From Laetmonice hystrix (lineage: Eukaryota): a DNA stretch of 64,000 nt. Positions within the stretch are counted from its first letter, which is position 1. Each line of letters opens with the position of its first letter. The stretch is from contig OZ249436.1 of NCBI GenBank assembly GCA_965235115.1, forward strand, positions 69,316,001-69,380,000. The letters are read 5' to 3'. Under the pieces are notes generated by a model. That model did not search any database. It was not told the origin of the DNA and was given only the letters and a program-made list of their open reading frames with translations. The translations under genes and the position numbers were made by a program. Positions 25,402-38,196 of the stretch are shown here, in pieces.

Positions 25402-27197
25402 AAAACTTCTTTCACTATCAATACTGGCCGGGTGTGCATCCATCTCACAATGTCAACTTAAATATGTTTTAGGGGTCTCCTGAATGGGACTTTAATGGGA
25501 GTATAGAGAACTCATATTGGTACAAATGTACACAGAAGTGTTCCACAAATACCTTTGCAGTGATTGCGGTTGTCAGTGCCGAGGGTCACACCCAGGGTGA
25601 ACCAACGTGTCAATGGTTACACGGGTTGAGGGTGGTACGGTACCCAGTCGGACGCCCGGCACGTGGGGTACCAAGGCCGGGGTGGGGTAAACCCCCCGGG
25701 GGTGGGGGTGGGTTGGAGGAGGGTGAGCGCTACCAGCGACAGGTGAGAGCGGTATATAGAAGGTAGGGGGAGGGTGGCGGGGGGAGGGTGGCTTACACCG
25801 TCTGTGGGCCGACACAGTTGGCTGGCGAGCTGATGACTCGGCCGTTCGATGCTGACAGCGCCCACTGTTGACACACCCGTTATTCACACTCAATTGGCCG
25901 CCACGACGGGGCGTTTTCGGCCATGTTGGTATTTTTTTGTTCATTTTGACATTTTGTATTTTCAGGATGGCCGAGCACGTCACAGTGGCGTCCCCAGCCC
26001 CAGCTCTGGTCCGGGATTTGATGAGCTCGTTCCACCCCCTTAACTTATCCCAATGCCTGAGAACCTGGATAATTATTGCCGGGTCCTTGGAGACTGGCGC
26101 AGCCCTGTCACCGAATCAGGGCACCGGCCAACCTCGCCGCCGGGCGGCTGACTAACCGCGGACCTATTGTCGGGTTTAAACTTCATATGCCAGTATACAG
26201 GACGCATGTGCATCTGTGTAAACATTGACGCGTCGGAAAAACTTGTTTTCCCCCGAGCAAAACTTTGTACAATCCGTGTGCGTTATCCGCCTCCATTCTG
26301 GATTAATGCACTGCTCATACCAAATAAATAACTCGGTATGTTTGTAGATGGACCTATTGGTTCATCGGAGTCTTATTGACAGAATTATACTGCACGGGTT
26401 ACGATTAACATTATAATTATCTATGACCTCCTTTCCTAATGTTGCTGGCAGTATACTTTGGGGCAGACACCCCCTCCCGTAATGGCCACATATACTTTTT
26501 CCCAGGGAAATATCTTCTAGTAACGGAAACGAATTGTGATAGATTTTACACCCTCCTTTCAATATTCATCATTGCATTTTGGACCGGAAGTCGAATGTGA
26601 GTTAGGACTAGCATGCGGTCTGTATCCATGGCTATGGTGAAAAGCGCAGAAAACTAGGGGTTAACAATTAACTAACGGTACCCGGACCACCTCTCGGGTT
26701 AATGATACCTTCATGGAGCAATTTGTGTTGAGGCAGGTGGATGACTGTGGGCAGCCCCTGGCTGGGTCCGCCCAGTGACACCATTGTTTACAATAGACCG
26801 TCAAGAACCAGTGCAGGAATGGTGAACTTCCATCGCTTCTATGTGCAGTACTTTGGTAAGGCTTGGCCTATTCAACAAAATGACGCGATTACACGTCAAC
26901 TAATGTGCGTCACATAACATTGCAGTCTGGGTACGCATACCTTGTAAAGAAATTTAACATCTGTAGAAATGCAAGATTGATAACATGCATAGGCCTATAC
27001 CACTGTACATATATTACACAAAATTCAGATGTAAACATCTGATTAGATGAGATTACATGTTTGAGTACATGCATCAAAATAAACAATCCATATTCTAGCA
27101 TATATTACGTAAAACCATAAAATAGGAAAGATTATGGTTTTCGTTTGTGAAAGAAAATGTGAAAACAACGTTATGACTTTCCTACTGTGCACACGCA

Positions 27198-27928
27198 GTC
27201 CGTATGTCTGTTTTGTATGTGTAGAGATGCAGGTGACGGAACCCGTGTGTCTGTTTTGTATGTGTGGAGATGCAGGTGACGGAACCCGTGTGTCTGTTTT
27301 GTATGTGTGGAGATGCAGGTGACGGAACCCGTGTGTCTGTTTTGTATGTGTGGAGATGCAGGTGACGGAACCCGTGTGTCTGTTTTGTATGTGTAGAGAT
27401 GCAGGTGACGGTGTCTGTGTGTCTGTTTTGTATGTGTGGAGATGCAGGTGACGGAACCCGTGTGTCTGTTTTGTATGTGTGGAGATGCAGGTGACGGAAC
27501 CCGTGTGTCTGTTTTGTATGCGTGGAGATGCAGGTGACGGAACCCGTGTGTCTGTTTTGTATGTGTAGAGATGCAGGTGACGGTGTCCGTGTGTCTGTTT
27601 TGTATGTGTAGAGATGCAGGTGACGGAACCCGTGTGTCTGTTTTGTATGTGTGGAGATGCAGGTGACGGTGTCCGCGTGTCTGTTTTGTATGTGTGGAGA
27701 TGCAGGTGACGGAACCCGTGTGTCTGTTTTGTATGTGTGGAGATGCAGGTGACGGTGTCCGCGTGTCTGTTTTGTATGTGTGGAGATGCAGGTGACGGAA
27801 CCCGTGTGTCTGTTTTGTATGTGTGGAGATGCAGGTGACGGTGTCCGTGTGTCTGTTTTGTATGTGTGGAGATGCAGGTGACGGTGTCCGCGTGTCTGTT
27901 TTGTATGTGTGGAGATGCAGGTGACGGA
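27198..27928. repeat. Minisatellite, about 17 copies of a 43-bp unit
   Basis: Unit gtgtctgttttgtatgtgtggagatgcaggtgacggaacccgt, with a ggtgtccg variant. The period of 43 is not a multiple of 3, so overlapping ORFs cycle through frames. Confidence 0.95.
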
Positions 27929-30900
27929 GACACGAAGCGTAACGTTTCATTCTGTTCACCATGTTATGTGTTTTCTTATTTTCGTCACAAACGTCAGGTA
28001 GTGTTACTCACACCCGAGTGCCATGACCACCTCCAGCATATGCTTGATCGGTCTTTCTCTATAATATTTATGTCACGTCACGCGAGTGACAATACACACG
28101 TGCCATGCATTATGTTACCATGATTACAGTCAAAACTCATTGGGAAATTCAGTGTAATACGCAGTGAGATATACATTTTGCCTTAGGGCTTACTGCCATT
28201 GTAAAGTAAATAATGATGTGAAGATTACTAGGATAATCTCAGGTGTAAATTTAACTTTATAATATCAGACGTAAGTAAGTTAAACGCAAGATGTCAGAAC
28301 GTACATGGGGATTTTTTTTGCAGAAAGGCAATACCATGCTCTTAATCACAAAGAGCTGTCTAAGTAGGTCTGAGTATACTTGACACAACAAGAAACTCAT
28401 CACCTCCTGAAAATATCCCAGCCATATCAAAATTTACGCATGGGTGTGTATACAATGCATGGATACGCGTCCACGGTTTTCGTAACAGTGTACTCCGCTC
28501 TCTCCCTCCTTTCCACTTAATTGTTTCACCTAACATCCCTATGAAGAATACATATGTTAAGCATAAATATATATATATGTAGCAGAGGGACCAGGCCAGT
28601 GACGCCATCATCATAGATCGTTTCCATATTGTAAAGCGCGGTGATGTGTGTTGGGAGACGAGTGACAATAATCTGTCATTAGCGTCGGCTATCTTCAATC
28701 TTGTCTGCGTATAGTCACCACCCGGCGGGACTAATCAGTCACTCACTAAACCAGCCGCTCCCGAGACGCTGGCTGATTTAAAAAAACGGCTTCAAAAACA
28801 ACGAGGACACCCGCCTGGTAGCGATCCTATCTATGTGGAGCACACTGTCAGGGGAAAGTTCCACCACGCCATTTAGGAAATTCCTTTCGCCGCTGGAGTC
28901 CTCTCCCGGGGTGTTGTGGATGGGGGACGGGTGATATTGTTTCCTACAGCCATCAACTTGGTGATTCCTATCACAAATAGGTCCCATGGTGACTCTTTGA
29001 CATTAGAAACACGTCCAGATGAAGCTTGTGTAAAAAAAGAATTACAACTTCTTTTCCAAACACTGAGATGCAGTGTTTCTCCCCCGGGGGTCAGGTATAA
29101 ATGAAACAACAGGACTGTATCTTGATTGTGTCTTGTATGTTGATAAAAACAACAGTAGAGATTTACGGGCATCTAACCGGGGAATAAGGTATGCCTCAGG
29201 AATTATTTCCCGGACTTTTTAACCAGTAATTGTTGTAATGACGTATGTGAGAGGACGGGCCTGACGGTCTGTTTCTCTCCCGACCCAGAGATCGTACATG
29301 TACTTCTATGGAAGTGTCAGTTGCCAGTCGTTGTAGTTTGCCCAAGTTGTGTGGGGTTTAATAATGAGCTAGTTCATTATGAGTGCTGGCAAAGATTTTT
29401 AGTGGGCGAGCGTCGGCATGTATCGGTGTGCAATCGGCGGTCGGGTGACAATTGACGACAAACGTGGGGATGTGATGATACGGATACCATATCGTGATCG
29501 GGACAGCGCGGGCCGGGACTCGTCCCACCGCCTGCCGCCGCCCGCCCGCCCGCCCGGCCGACTCGGCCCGGCGTGGCTCGGTAAGTAGTATAGGAAATGG
29601 CAGTTATCGAGCCATAGAACCCGCAAGGCTATCGTCCGCAATGCTATCGTCTCGGCCGATAGACTTCTGACGGGCCCGGCCAACCTACCTAGCCTTTATC
29701 TGCTCGTTAAGTGAGTCTCCATCCAATCCCTTTCAATCTTGGAATGAATTAATCTTGTGGGCTAATTACCGTATCGCTGCGACAGGACGCACTGACTGCA
29801 CGCGGCCGCAGCCCTATGTAGCCGATTAGGCGGGCCTGGTGCCATCACGGACATATTGACTGTCCATTGCGTCAAATTGATAGCAAACAGAATCAGCTTC
29901 GATAGCACCCATAAGCTAATTAGAAGGCAGCCCACACTTTCCGCTGACGGTTTTAGCCTCTCGTCGGCATGTGTTTGCGTGATCAGTCACACTTCTGCCT
30001 TCTAAGCTCAGGGATAAATCAACAAGCCCAACCCCTCGTTTTGCTTGTTTCGTCCTCACTATGCCGACATCGGTGCAGTGGGAGAGAACGTACTCTTTAT
30101 GGCTGTAAGGTAGGAGCTGGGTGTGAGGTAAATTATACAGAGGGGTCGGAAACAAAAGGTGTCTGTGGGTAAGGGCGGACATACGGGTCTGATGATGGCA
30201 AACAAAGGGATAACGTTCATTGGAGTGCAAACTTTAATTAATGCATACTGAATTAAGGGTTGCAGCATCCGTGGCCTGGAAGGGGGGAGGGAGGCGGGAT
30301 GGGGGCGGCCTGCGAGCCCGCCGGGCGGGGACGGGGGGGGGGGAGAGGCCGGGAGACCGGGGAGACAGACTGCCAGTAAACTGGGCACAGATGGGAGCCC
30401 AGCCACCGCAATCTGGCGGCAGATAAACGGTCGATGAGGCTGGTGATCAATAAAGCGAGCCACGGTCTGTAAATCGCATTAGCCCCGCCACAGAAGTGAG
30501 CCGCTAAACTTGAGCCTCCATTTGTCTCTAAGTGGTGGCGGTGGGCGGTGGGTGAGCAGTGGTCGGGGTAAGACGGTACCCTCACTCCACCCTCGGTACC
30601 CGAACTGTTGCTGGGGATGATACGCCTGACTCTGTGTTACATACACGGTCGGTCTCTGTCGGACAGGGTCGCCAAGACGGCAACCGTCGCAGACACAACG
30701 TATTGGTGAACTTGGTCATGCCATGTCATAGGCCTAAACTAGATCCATGCCAACAATACATGCAATAATGTTTATGAAAACTCATATATTATTTTGTATA
30801 CGACCTGAACTCAAACAACCAAGAATTGATTGCATGCCTTGATTTGAGCGACATTCCCGCCTCATACCCAAGGCATGGCGACCCTGGTTACCACCCCTCT

Positions 30901-32214
30901 ATATTCCACCCCGATGATTCACCACGAGAGTGTATCTCTCGCCCCTCCCCGCCATACAAGCACGTATTCCCAGGTCATAAAGTAATAGCCCCGGTATTAT
31001 CCCGAACATGGCGCGTGTCTTCAGGTTTAATCACACAACACATGTCCGTCCGCCGTCTGTTTACAAACCACGTGCACGTGGCTATACGCCATCCCAATTT
31101 GCCGCACGCGCGTTGGCGAGAGGCAAAATGACGTGCATCTGTTAGAGCCCCGGGGTTATTATGTTAATGGGGTCTTTCAATGGTGGTCACTGAGACATTG
31201 TCAGTCGACTAATCGGTGAGAGGCATCGACAAGCTTTTACCTAGCCAGACTTGGTCCTTGTTAGGGCGGGGTGGTCTGGGTGGCAGTATTAGCGCCCCCG
31301 GGGGAAGACAATCTATCACCTACCAAAGGAGATATTGGTAGAGGTTAATGTACTATTAACATCTGTTGTCTGTAGGTGGGCATCCGGCATCAACATTTCT
31401 ATGCAGACTTTAAGATATTTCATCCCTTCAGAAAAAAACCCCAAAATTTTCAAAGCGGTTGAGACAGACACCACATGCAGGGTCCCTGAAATATATGGTG
31501 TTGGTGGTTTTAGTAGTGAAAATTTAAATCTGACGCTTTGTGTGTTTTGAACAGTGTACGTTGATGAGGGTGGGGGTGGGAGTGGTGGTGTGGGGGACGG
31601 GTGAGGGGTTGCGTGTATTTTTGTATGTACCCACTTCCACCTCTGAACGCCCGGTTGCATGACTGAGTATATTTATACTTTGGTTTGTGAAAGTTTTCGA
31701 CACGGAAGAGTGAACGAAACGATTTTATGACAGTAGAGATTATTGTTGAATGTATTAATGTTAAGATGGGAGACAGATACTGATGACATATAACAAAAAA
31801 CACCTGACAACTTTTCAGTCATATTTTATAGTGATAACTCCCGTTTGCGTACGGAGTTATACGCAAAAGCGGATTGCAAGCAGCAGAGGACCACTGAGCA
31901 CGCCTCTCAGTAGACTTTTTGTACATGCAGCCTTGACCTTTCACACAGCCCTGTCAGGACAGGAAGTGTTGGAAACAGTTTTCCGTTCCCGGTAGGGTTC
32001 CGTGAATTGATGCAGCGTTATAGGACCATGTTAGGTGAATGCCCCAAATGTACAGATTTACACCCCTGAAGTATACCGCTCGTCCCGGGCGAAGGTCTTG
32101 ACAGGCAACTAGTTATCAAGTACCATCCATAAAGTCATATAAACTCATGGTTTGAGTTCTTGGAAACAACATCATACAAAATTAGAATAATGACGCAACA
32201 ACGGGGATGTCCTT

Positions 32215-32279
32215 ACCAGCTACCTCTTTTGTCCTTTTAACAGTAAACGTCACTTCCGGGCGATAACTAGGTCACCTGA
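32215..32279 (-). promoter_or_regulatory. Candidate promoter and non-coding first exon: ETS-CRE composite with a downstream splice donor
   Basis: Minus strand reads CCGGAAGTGACGT (32259-32247), followed about 30 nt later by a strong donor CTG|GTAAGG (exon end 32217). Confidence 0.4.
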
Positions 32280-33744
32280 CGAACTAATAACAACAACAGT
32301 ACCATTTGCCGTATCATGGTAACCAGTCAATTTGTAACATCGGCGTTTTCCCATTTGTACCCATTAACCTTGCTCATATGGTCAAACTGACCAGCTGGAA
32401 ATACAGTATACATATGGTGACAAAGAAGGATATAAAACATGGGATATACATACATATGAAGTTACAGCCTTCGATGAGTTGTCTCCCATTTCTCCATAGA
32501 TAAAAATGGGATTTGATTGCATCTACATTGTGCACTAAGGGATTTCTTTGATAATATAACTTGAGATCATGAATGTTCTCTGGCGTGTATGTCCTACGGT
32601 AATAAGATACAACAATTGTTTTGCATACTCGGCATCCCATAATGATGGTGATTCACCATGAAAGTTACAAATTTTGCTTGTTTTCTAACACTCTTTTAAT
32701 ATTCGCTTGTTGCTGTACGCGCAACGTGCACGGTTGCATGGCGTGCATGCATGACTCTCTAAGGATCCATGTATCATTGAACGTTTACTCAATGTGCAGC
32801 GCGTGTACCAATGAAAGAACGTGCATGCCGAGCGCTCCCACTCTCGTATCATACGATGATGCATACATAACGGAAGAATTGGTTGAATTGTCCACGCGAT
32901 GCTGAATAAATACTCGTAGTAAAGCAAACACGATACAAAACGATGGAGAAGGTCGACGTCCTCCCGCCGTCAATCCTCACTTGTCGTAACTCGTCAACGT
33001 AACATGAAATGTGCGCCATTGGTCCTGCATGGAGTGCTTGCTGTGCTCAGCATCAGTTTGATTTCTATACACATTCATGCATGTAGTCAACTTGTGGCTT
33101 GGATGAAGCGATTATACACCAGTTCACGAGATGTTGTAGACATCTATAGCAAAGTTGATCTGGACATCACACTTTTGAAGAGTTCATCCTTTGCTGCATC
33201 AGACAACCCGCTTCAGGGGGTTCATGAAACGCAGCATAGAAAACACCAATGCAATTACCCCTAAACTCCAACCCATTCCCAAACCGGAAACAGCTCCGAG
33301 CATGCGCTGATTACCCACAGTAGAGTGACTACAGATACCACGTCTCCTGTACGTGTATAGGTGGCGCTGCAGTTCGCGTTGTTGATATGTAGCAGTCACG
33401 CCACACGTCAGCCTCTCGCGTGACGTAGGGCTATTTTTAGATTCACTCGTAAAAGGCTTCCTCTTCTTCGGATACTAACGGGTTCAGCCGGCAACACTTC
33501 CCATATCATTGCCGCTGAACCCTTCAAAATAATAGCTCGCTTCTATAGCGAAGGCTTTAGTCGTAATCCGAGGAGGGAGATCATGTCACGCAGTTATTCC
33601 AAACGTACAAACCAGAGCAAGATATCAACATTATGTGTTCAGCTGCGCAAGACAATTCAGGGAAGAAGCAGGCCCAAAGAAGATTGTAGATTTTTGTATT
33701 GCTTTGTCCACTGACCAGATACTACATATCCATTGTCATCATAC

Positions 33745-33900
33745 GGATGTGATCATAATCTCGCAGTCCGAGCCCTCATCACTGGACGCTTCTATTTGAG
33801 ACTTTTGTTTCTTCTTTTTATTGGTGACTCCATTGTTTTTCTTCTGTTTGTTACTGCCCGAGCCTGGGCTCGAAGGTCCCGATGCCTCCCCTTGAAGGTC
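33745..33900 (-). CDS. Candidate internal coding exon (156 bp, phase 0/0) of an unidentified gene
   Basis: Acceptor ttctgactgttccag|GAC and donor TCC|gtatga enclose 52 open codons: DLQGEASGPSSPGSGSNKQKKNNGVTNKKKKQKSQIEASSDEGSDCEIMITS. No homologue recognised. Confidence 0.35.
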
Positions 33901-36900
33901 CTGGAACAGTCAGAAACAACCACATGTACACATGTATATCTGATCTATGATCTAAGTTATACACATTCATTCATTCGTTCATTCATGAGTGAACCGTACT
34001 CTAGAATTATGTCTGGTGTCACTACCGTCTTATAACTTGGTGATCAAACTTGCATTCAGTAAACATGCTTCAAATTCAATGAAGCAAAATATAAACTATC
34101 AGCTAATCTCTAATACAAGCACCAATGTACTATGAATGTTTTATTTTCACGTTTGAAGGGGTCGAAGACATTCGTCCCATAATTATGACCGTATGTATCC
34201 TGGCAGCCATGTTAACACTGTACAGTTATTCATCACTCCTACTAAATATAATCTGCCACATGAAGGGAGGGAAAAATATGCCGACATTCCAAGTTCGAAC
34301 TCTTTCAGAAGGTACCGTACATAATTTATCTGGGAAATATATTTTCAAAGGGATCCAGTTGGGTTGCTGTTACCAAGAGAGTCATTCTTTGTAAGTTTTA
34401 GCTCTTCAAATGAATCACTGTTACTTGCCATCGTCCATCATGAGGCCGAATACCACGGGGACGTCAAAGTGTGTACAATACGACTCGTACTGTGGGAGAT
34501 ACAGCACGTCTCCCAACAGGACACACAGATACTAAATACATTCTCACAATGTTACAGATCTCAGTGACGGCCAACGATTGAAGGCCCATGGCGGCGGCCG
34601 TGTGAGGGGACACATCGAGAGAGACCGTGGCCGCCGGGCCGTCCAACCCTCGGTGGAAACAATTAAAACACAACAGATACAGCGCCGGACGCCGCACAGA
34701 AAAATCAATCATAGCTACGCCCCCTTTATCTATTCTTAGCGACCATTGATCTCATTCTGATGCGAAAAAGAAGCTGTTCGCGATGTCCTTACGGAGTAAT
34801 TTGAGTTCGCTAACAACTTGGCCGCGGCACTAGGGGAGAGCACTCTCTCCTTTCCTCTCGGTTCGTCTCTTTCGTTAAAGTCTCCCATGGGACACCTGAA
34901 AGACATAAGATATGCCCGAGCTGGCTTCGCGACGCTAGCATATTTCCTTACGATTTATACATTCGGAGACAAGCCAAAGATACGGCTTAAGAATTCAATA
35001 GAAATGGCAGACTGGAGACCCGGTTAAAACGAGGCTGCAGATCTGGAGTCTGTGAGGTGAAAGTGGTCAATCTGCGCTTGAAAGGCGACGTGGGACTTTC
35101 TCCCTCGCTTCTTTATCTCCCGGCCGACCGTATCCGTTGTTTTATTGATGACGACACCAATCGGCCAGCTCATACGCCCTGCCTCTAATCCTTCCTAGGG
35201 AATTGACGAGTATATAATAGCCCGACAGAATACCATATATCTTCCCGGTCTGTCACTGATAAGTATCATCACTTGAAGAGATCTTCTGTTGGCTCTCCCA
35301 AAACGCCCATTCCGACTTGTTGTGTTGTGCATCTAATTGAATATCTTATGAAAATGCCCTGGGCAATTGTAAGCCGTTCCTGTCCGGGGACTGGCATCAT
35401 TAATTCCAAGACCTCCTTAACCGATTACGAGGACTATAACTGGGTGCGTGCACCTTCTGTGTGCTGCAGTGTAGTAAGTATGTTGTTTTATTTATTACTA
35501 AAGCCATGCACAATAACATATACAGCTCAAACCCATTGCCAATACAGCACAAAATAAATAACACTTCAGAATGGGCATTGATGCCATTTACCATACCTCA
35601 GTAAATGGAATAGAGTAAAGCACAACGAAGGAGAAATGAATGGGCATTATCTTAACATACTTGTATAGGTTCAAACCTGAAGAGGACTTTGAGGTGTCCA
35701 TGCATGCAGCATCATGTATATGTAGTCACAAAACAACTTTCAATTTTTTCTATGAGAGCGAATGTACCCATAGCGCAAAAAGAAATGTACTCTAGTCCCG
35801 CTTGCCCAAAACCTGAATTTGATTGAGTGTGTCTATTAATATGGCTCTTTATTTTCGTTTTCCGAAGTATTAGATATTGACTGGTTGCTGTAATGAATCT
35901 TATGGGAATAACAAGCACGTAATTAAGAAGTCGTTGGAAGCAGATTGAATTTTCACAAGGGTTAATGACGGTGGCGAGGCTTGCAAATGCAAATTGTTAT
36001 GCCAGCCGCCTGGGAAGTTGCCTTTTTTTCCTGCACGATCATCCTTAATGTTGGCAAATCCTTGTATTTGGATTTATTGGTCCGTGGTGTCTTGTAGAGT
36101 GTGTCCTAATTCGAGTCGAGCTGTTCTGGCCACAGATGGGCCCAGAAAACAAGGGGCCCCGCAACACGTTGTGCACCTCCACACAGCCAGACAACACTTG
36201 TTACGAGAGCCTGGCCGAACGTCCCGCCAACATTATTATACTCTCGAGGTATATAAATGACTTATGAGTGTGGAGCCAGAGCTTCGCAATGGAACACTGT
36301 TGGTGTATATATCCCTGCTCGGAGTAAGACAACTAACATCTTTGGATATATCTAACGGTGTCCTGTATTAAATCTTGCTGAACATAACCGTATCTATAAG
36401 AGTGGAATGAAGGTTTCCACAGGTTTACCGACATACGTAGCACATCACTGATTGCAGAAAGATTTCTTGTGGTTGGCGTCAGTGTGTAAATTAACAGAAC
36501 ACTGCCTTATGTTACGGTTCATCCCTCTTTACACTTGATCATCCAACATCGAACGCAACAGATTGAGCTGAACAGAAGCAAGGCTGTCCGCCTCCACCTG
36601 CTTCCATCTGCATCATCACAGAGGTCATAAGGTCAACCATATGCCGGCCACCACTCTCTCCGAGTTGGCATCTGCCGAGCAGCGATGAGGGAGATTTGCG
36701 GAAGGTGCGTTTGCGGAAAGGTAGTCTGTTTCCTAGTTTCTCCATATGCACGCGGGCCAGATGGGCTGCGGGTCAGCCAGGCCATACTGCTCGGTGCAGA
36801 CCGTCTGTGGAAACCGTCCCGAAGGTCGGAACCTCAGACGTCTTCACGGTGTTTAATATCGGAGATCCGAGTCAGTGGCCGGTAGGAGGCCGAGCGAGGG

Positions 36901-37380
36901 CGCTGTTTGGGCGACTAGCCGAGGGCACAATTTGCCATCAGCCGACATTCTAACATGTTGATCCCGTCGACAGGTGCGGCGAACGGCTTGATGTAGACTT
37001 GCCGGTTCTGGCCGCATTAGCCGGCTTCACATATGTGGATTTTTGTGCCCAGCGGGCCTGTTTTGTTTCAAGGCAAATCTGCAGGCGGAACTCCCAATAA
37101 AATATTAACAAGTCTGGAGTTGGCTTTCTCTACCGCCAGCGCAATGTACCATTGCAGATGGTGATTCACCTATCGGTGCATGAGAGTACATCTATATGTA
37201 AAACTACACCAAAAAAATACACTGTCAATCAAGTTTAAACATCACACCTTTGTGATACCTGTAATCTGTGAGACTAAACCCGGAGGTCTCGAGCTCTTAT
37301 TCGCCTAATTTCTATATATTTACATCTCCCAGAGAGTAACTGAGCTAAGAAGTAGTGCTGAAACCCACCTTCATACTTAC

Positions 37381-37458
37381 ACGTTCAATCATCTCATTCA
37401 CGGAAGCATTCGAATCGACCGAGGGTGTATGAGAGTACTCGTAGCCATGTTTCGCCAT
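37381..37458 (-). CDS. Candidate first coding exon of an unidentified gene
   Basis: ATG in AACATGGCG context, 26 codons (MAKHGYEYSHTPSVDSNASVNEMIER), then a perfect phase-0 donor |gtaagt at 37380-37375. Confidence 0.35.
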
Positions 37459-37474
37459 GTTCTTCCGCTTCCGG
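37443..37474 (-). promoter_or_regulatory. Housekeeping-type promoter: tandem ETS/GABP plus YY1-like motifs
   Basis: Minus strand reads CCGGAAGCGGAAG-AACATGGCG-A-AACATGGCT. Confidence 0.45.
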
Positions 37475-38178
37475 CGAGCCCTCAGTACAGCACGGACCTG
37501 TGTGAGACAGAACAGAGGGTTTCCCTTACAGACATGGCCTATACATGGAGTTAGATGCTGGACCTAAACTTTAGTCAGAAAAACAACAACAAACAACAAA
37601 CAACGACAAAGACAAGAAAATCAACACGAAAACAGCATTTTGGAAGTTTTAAGGCAGCAAGAGAAATCAATAACTTCATTTATGCTGTGTTAATGAAGAT
37701 TTCAATCGTCCACTTTCAACTCCAGCAGAGATAATGTGTGATCAGAAAGAAGGAATGAAGAAAGGGCAATGGGATTCCAAGATAACTACCCCGTAATTAT
37801 GAAGAAAACATAACACGGAAGCAAGTGATCTGGACGTCACCGCCACAACTCAATGTATTATCTCATCATTCAGAATCCACTTCACGGCTCACTACCAAAT
37901 TATTTATACGACTGCTGCAGGAAAACCTCCGTGTTAACCACCAAGTCAAAGCGACCGGTCAATGGTTGCCTTCACAACAAGCTGGCAAGAAATCTGTCCT
38001 CCATTTCGCTGGTCAACATCTATTGACCAGCGACGGCTCTACCGTGCCCTTTGGCCGGATGTGGCTGTCAGGTCCGGCGGTGGAAGCGAGGCGCTGTGGG
38101 GGTTACAAATACGACATGGCACGGCGGACAGAGCACGTGTGACGTCGGTCAAAATGGCGTGACCCGCGGCCCGATGGT

Positions 38179-38196
38179 GCTGCCACCTGGTCGGCC
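38179..38196 (-). promoter_or_regulatory. CTCF-like motif
   Basis: Reverse complement GGCCGACCAGGTGGCAGC matches the CTCF core CC(A/G)(C/G)CAG(A/G)(T/G)GGC(A/G)G well by eye. Confidence 0.45.

Noticed and set aside
24529-25443. 304-aa minus ORF (TSNSGEVMLVVCG)n as a gene
   Set aside because: It is the antisense reading of a 39-bp repeat, and an open frame is expected by chance about half the time.
26740-26916. FHRFYVQYFG peptide resembling part of a PWWP domain, with a plus-strand donor at 26856
   Set aside because: No PWWP core motif upstream in frame; too short to support.
27043-27962. 296-aa and 263-aa His/Thr-rich ORFs
   Set aside because: Generated by a 43-bp repeat with frame rotation.
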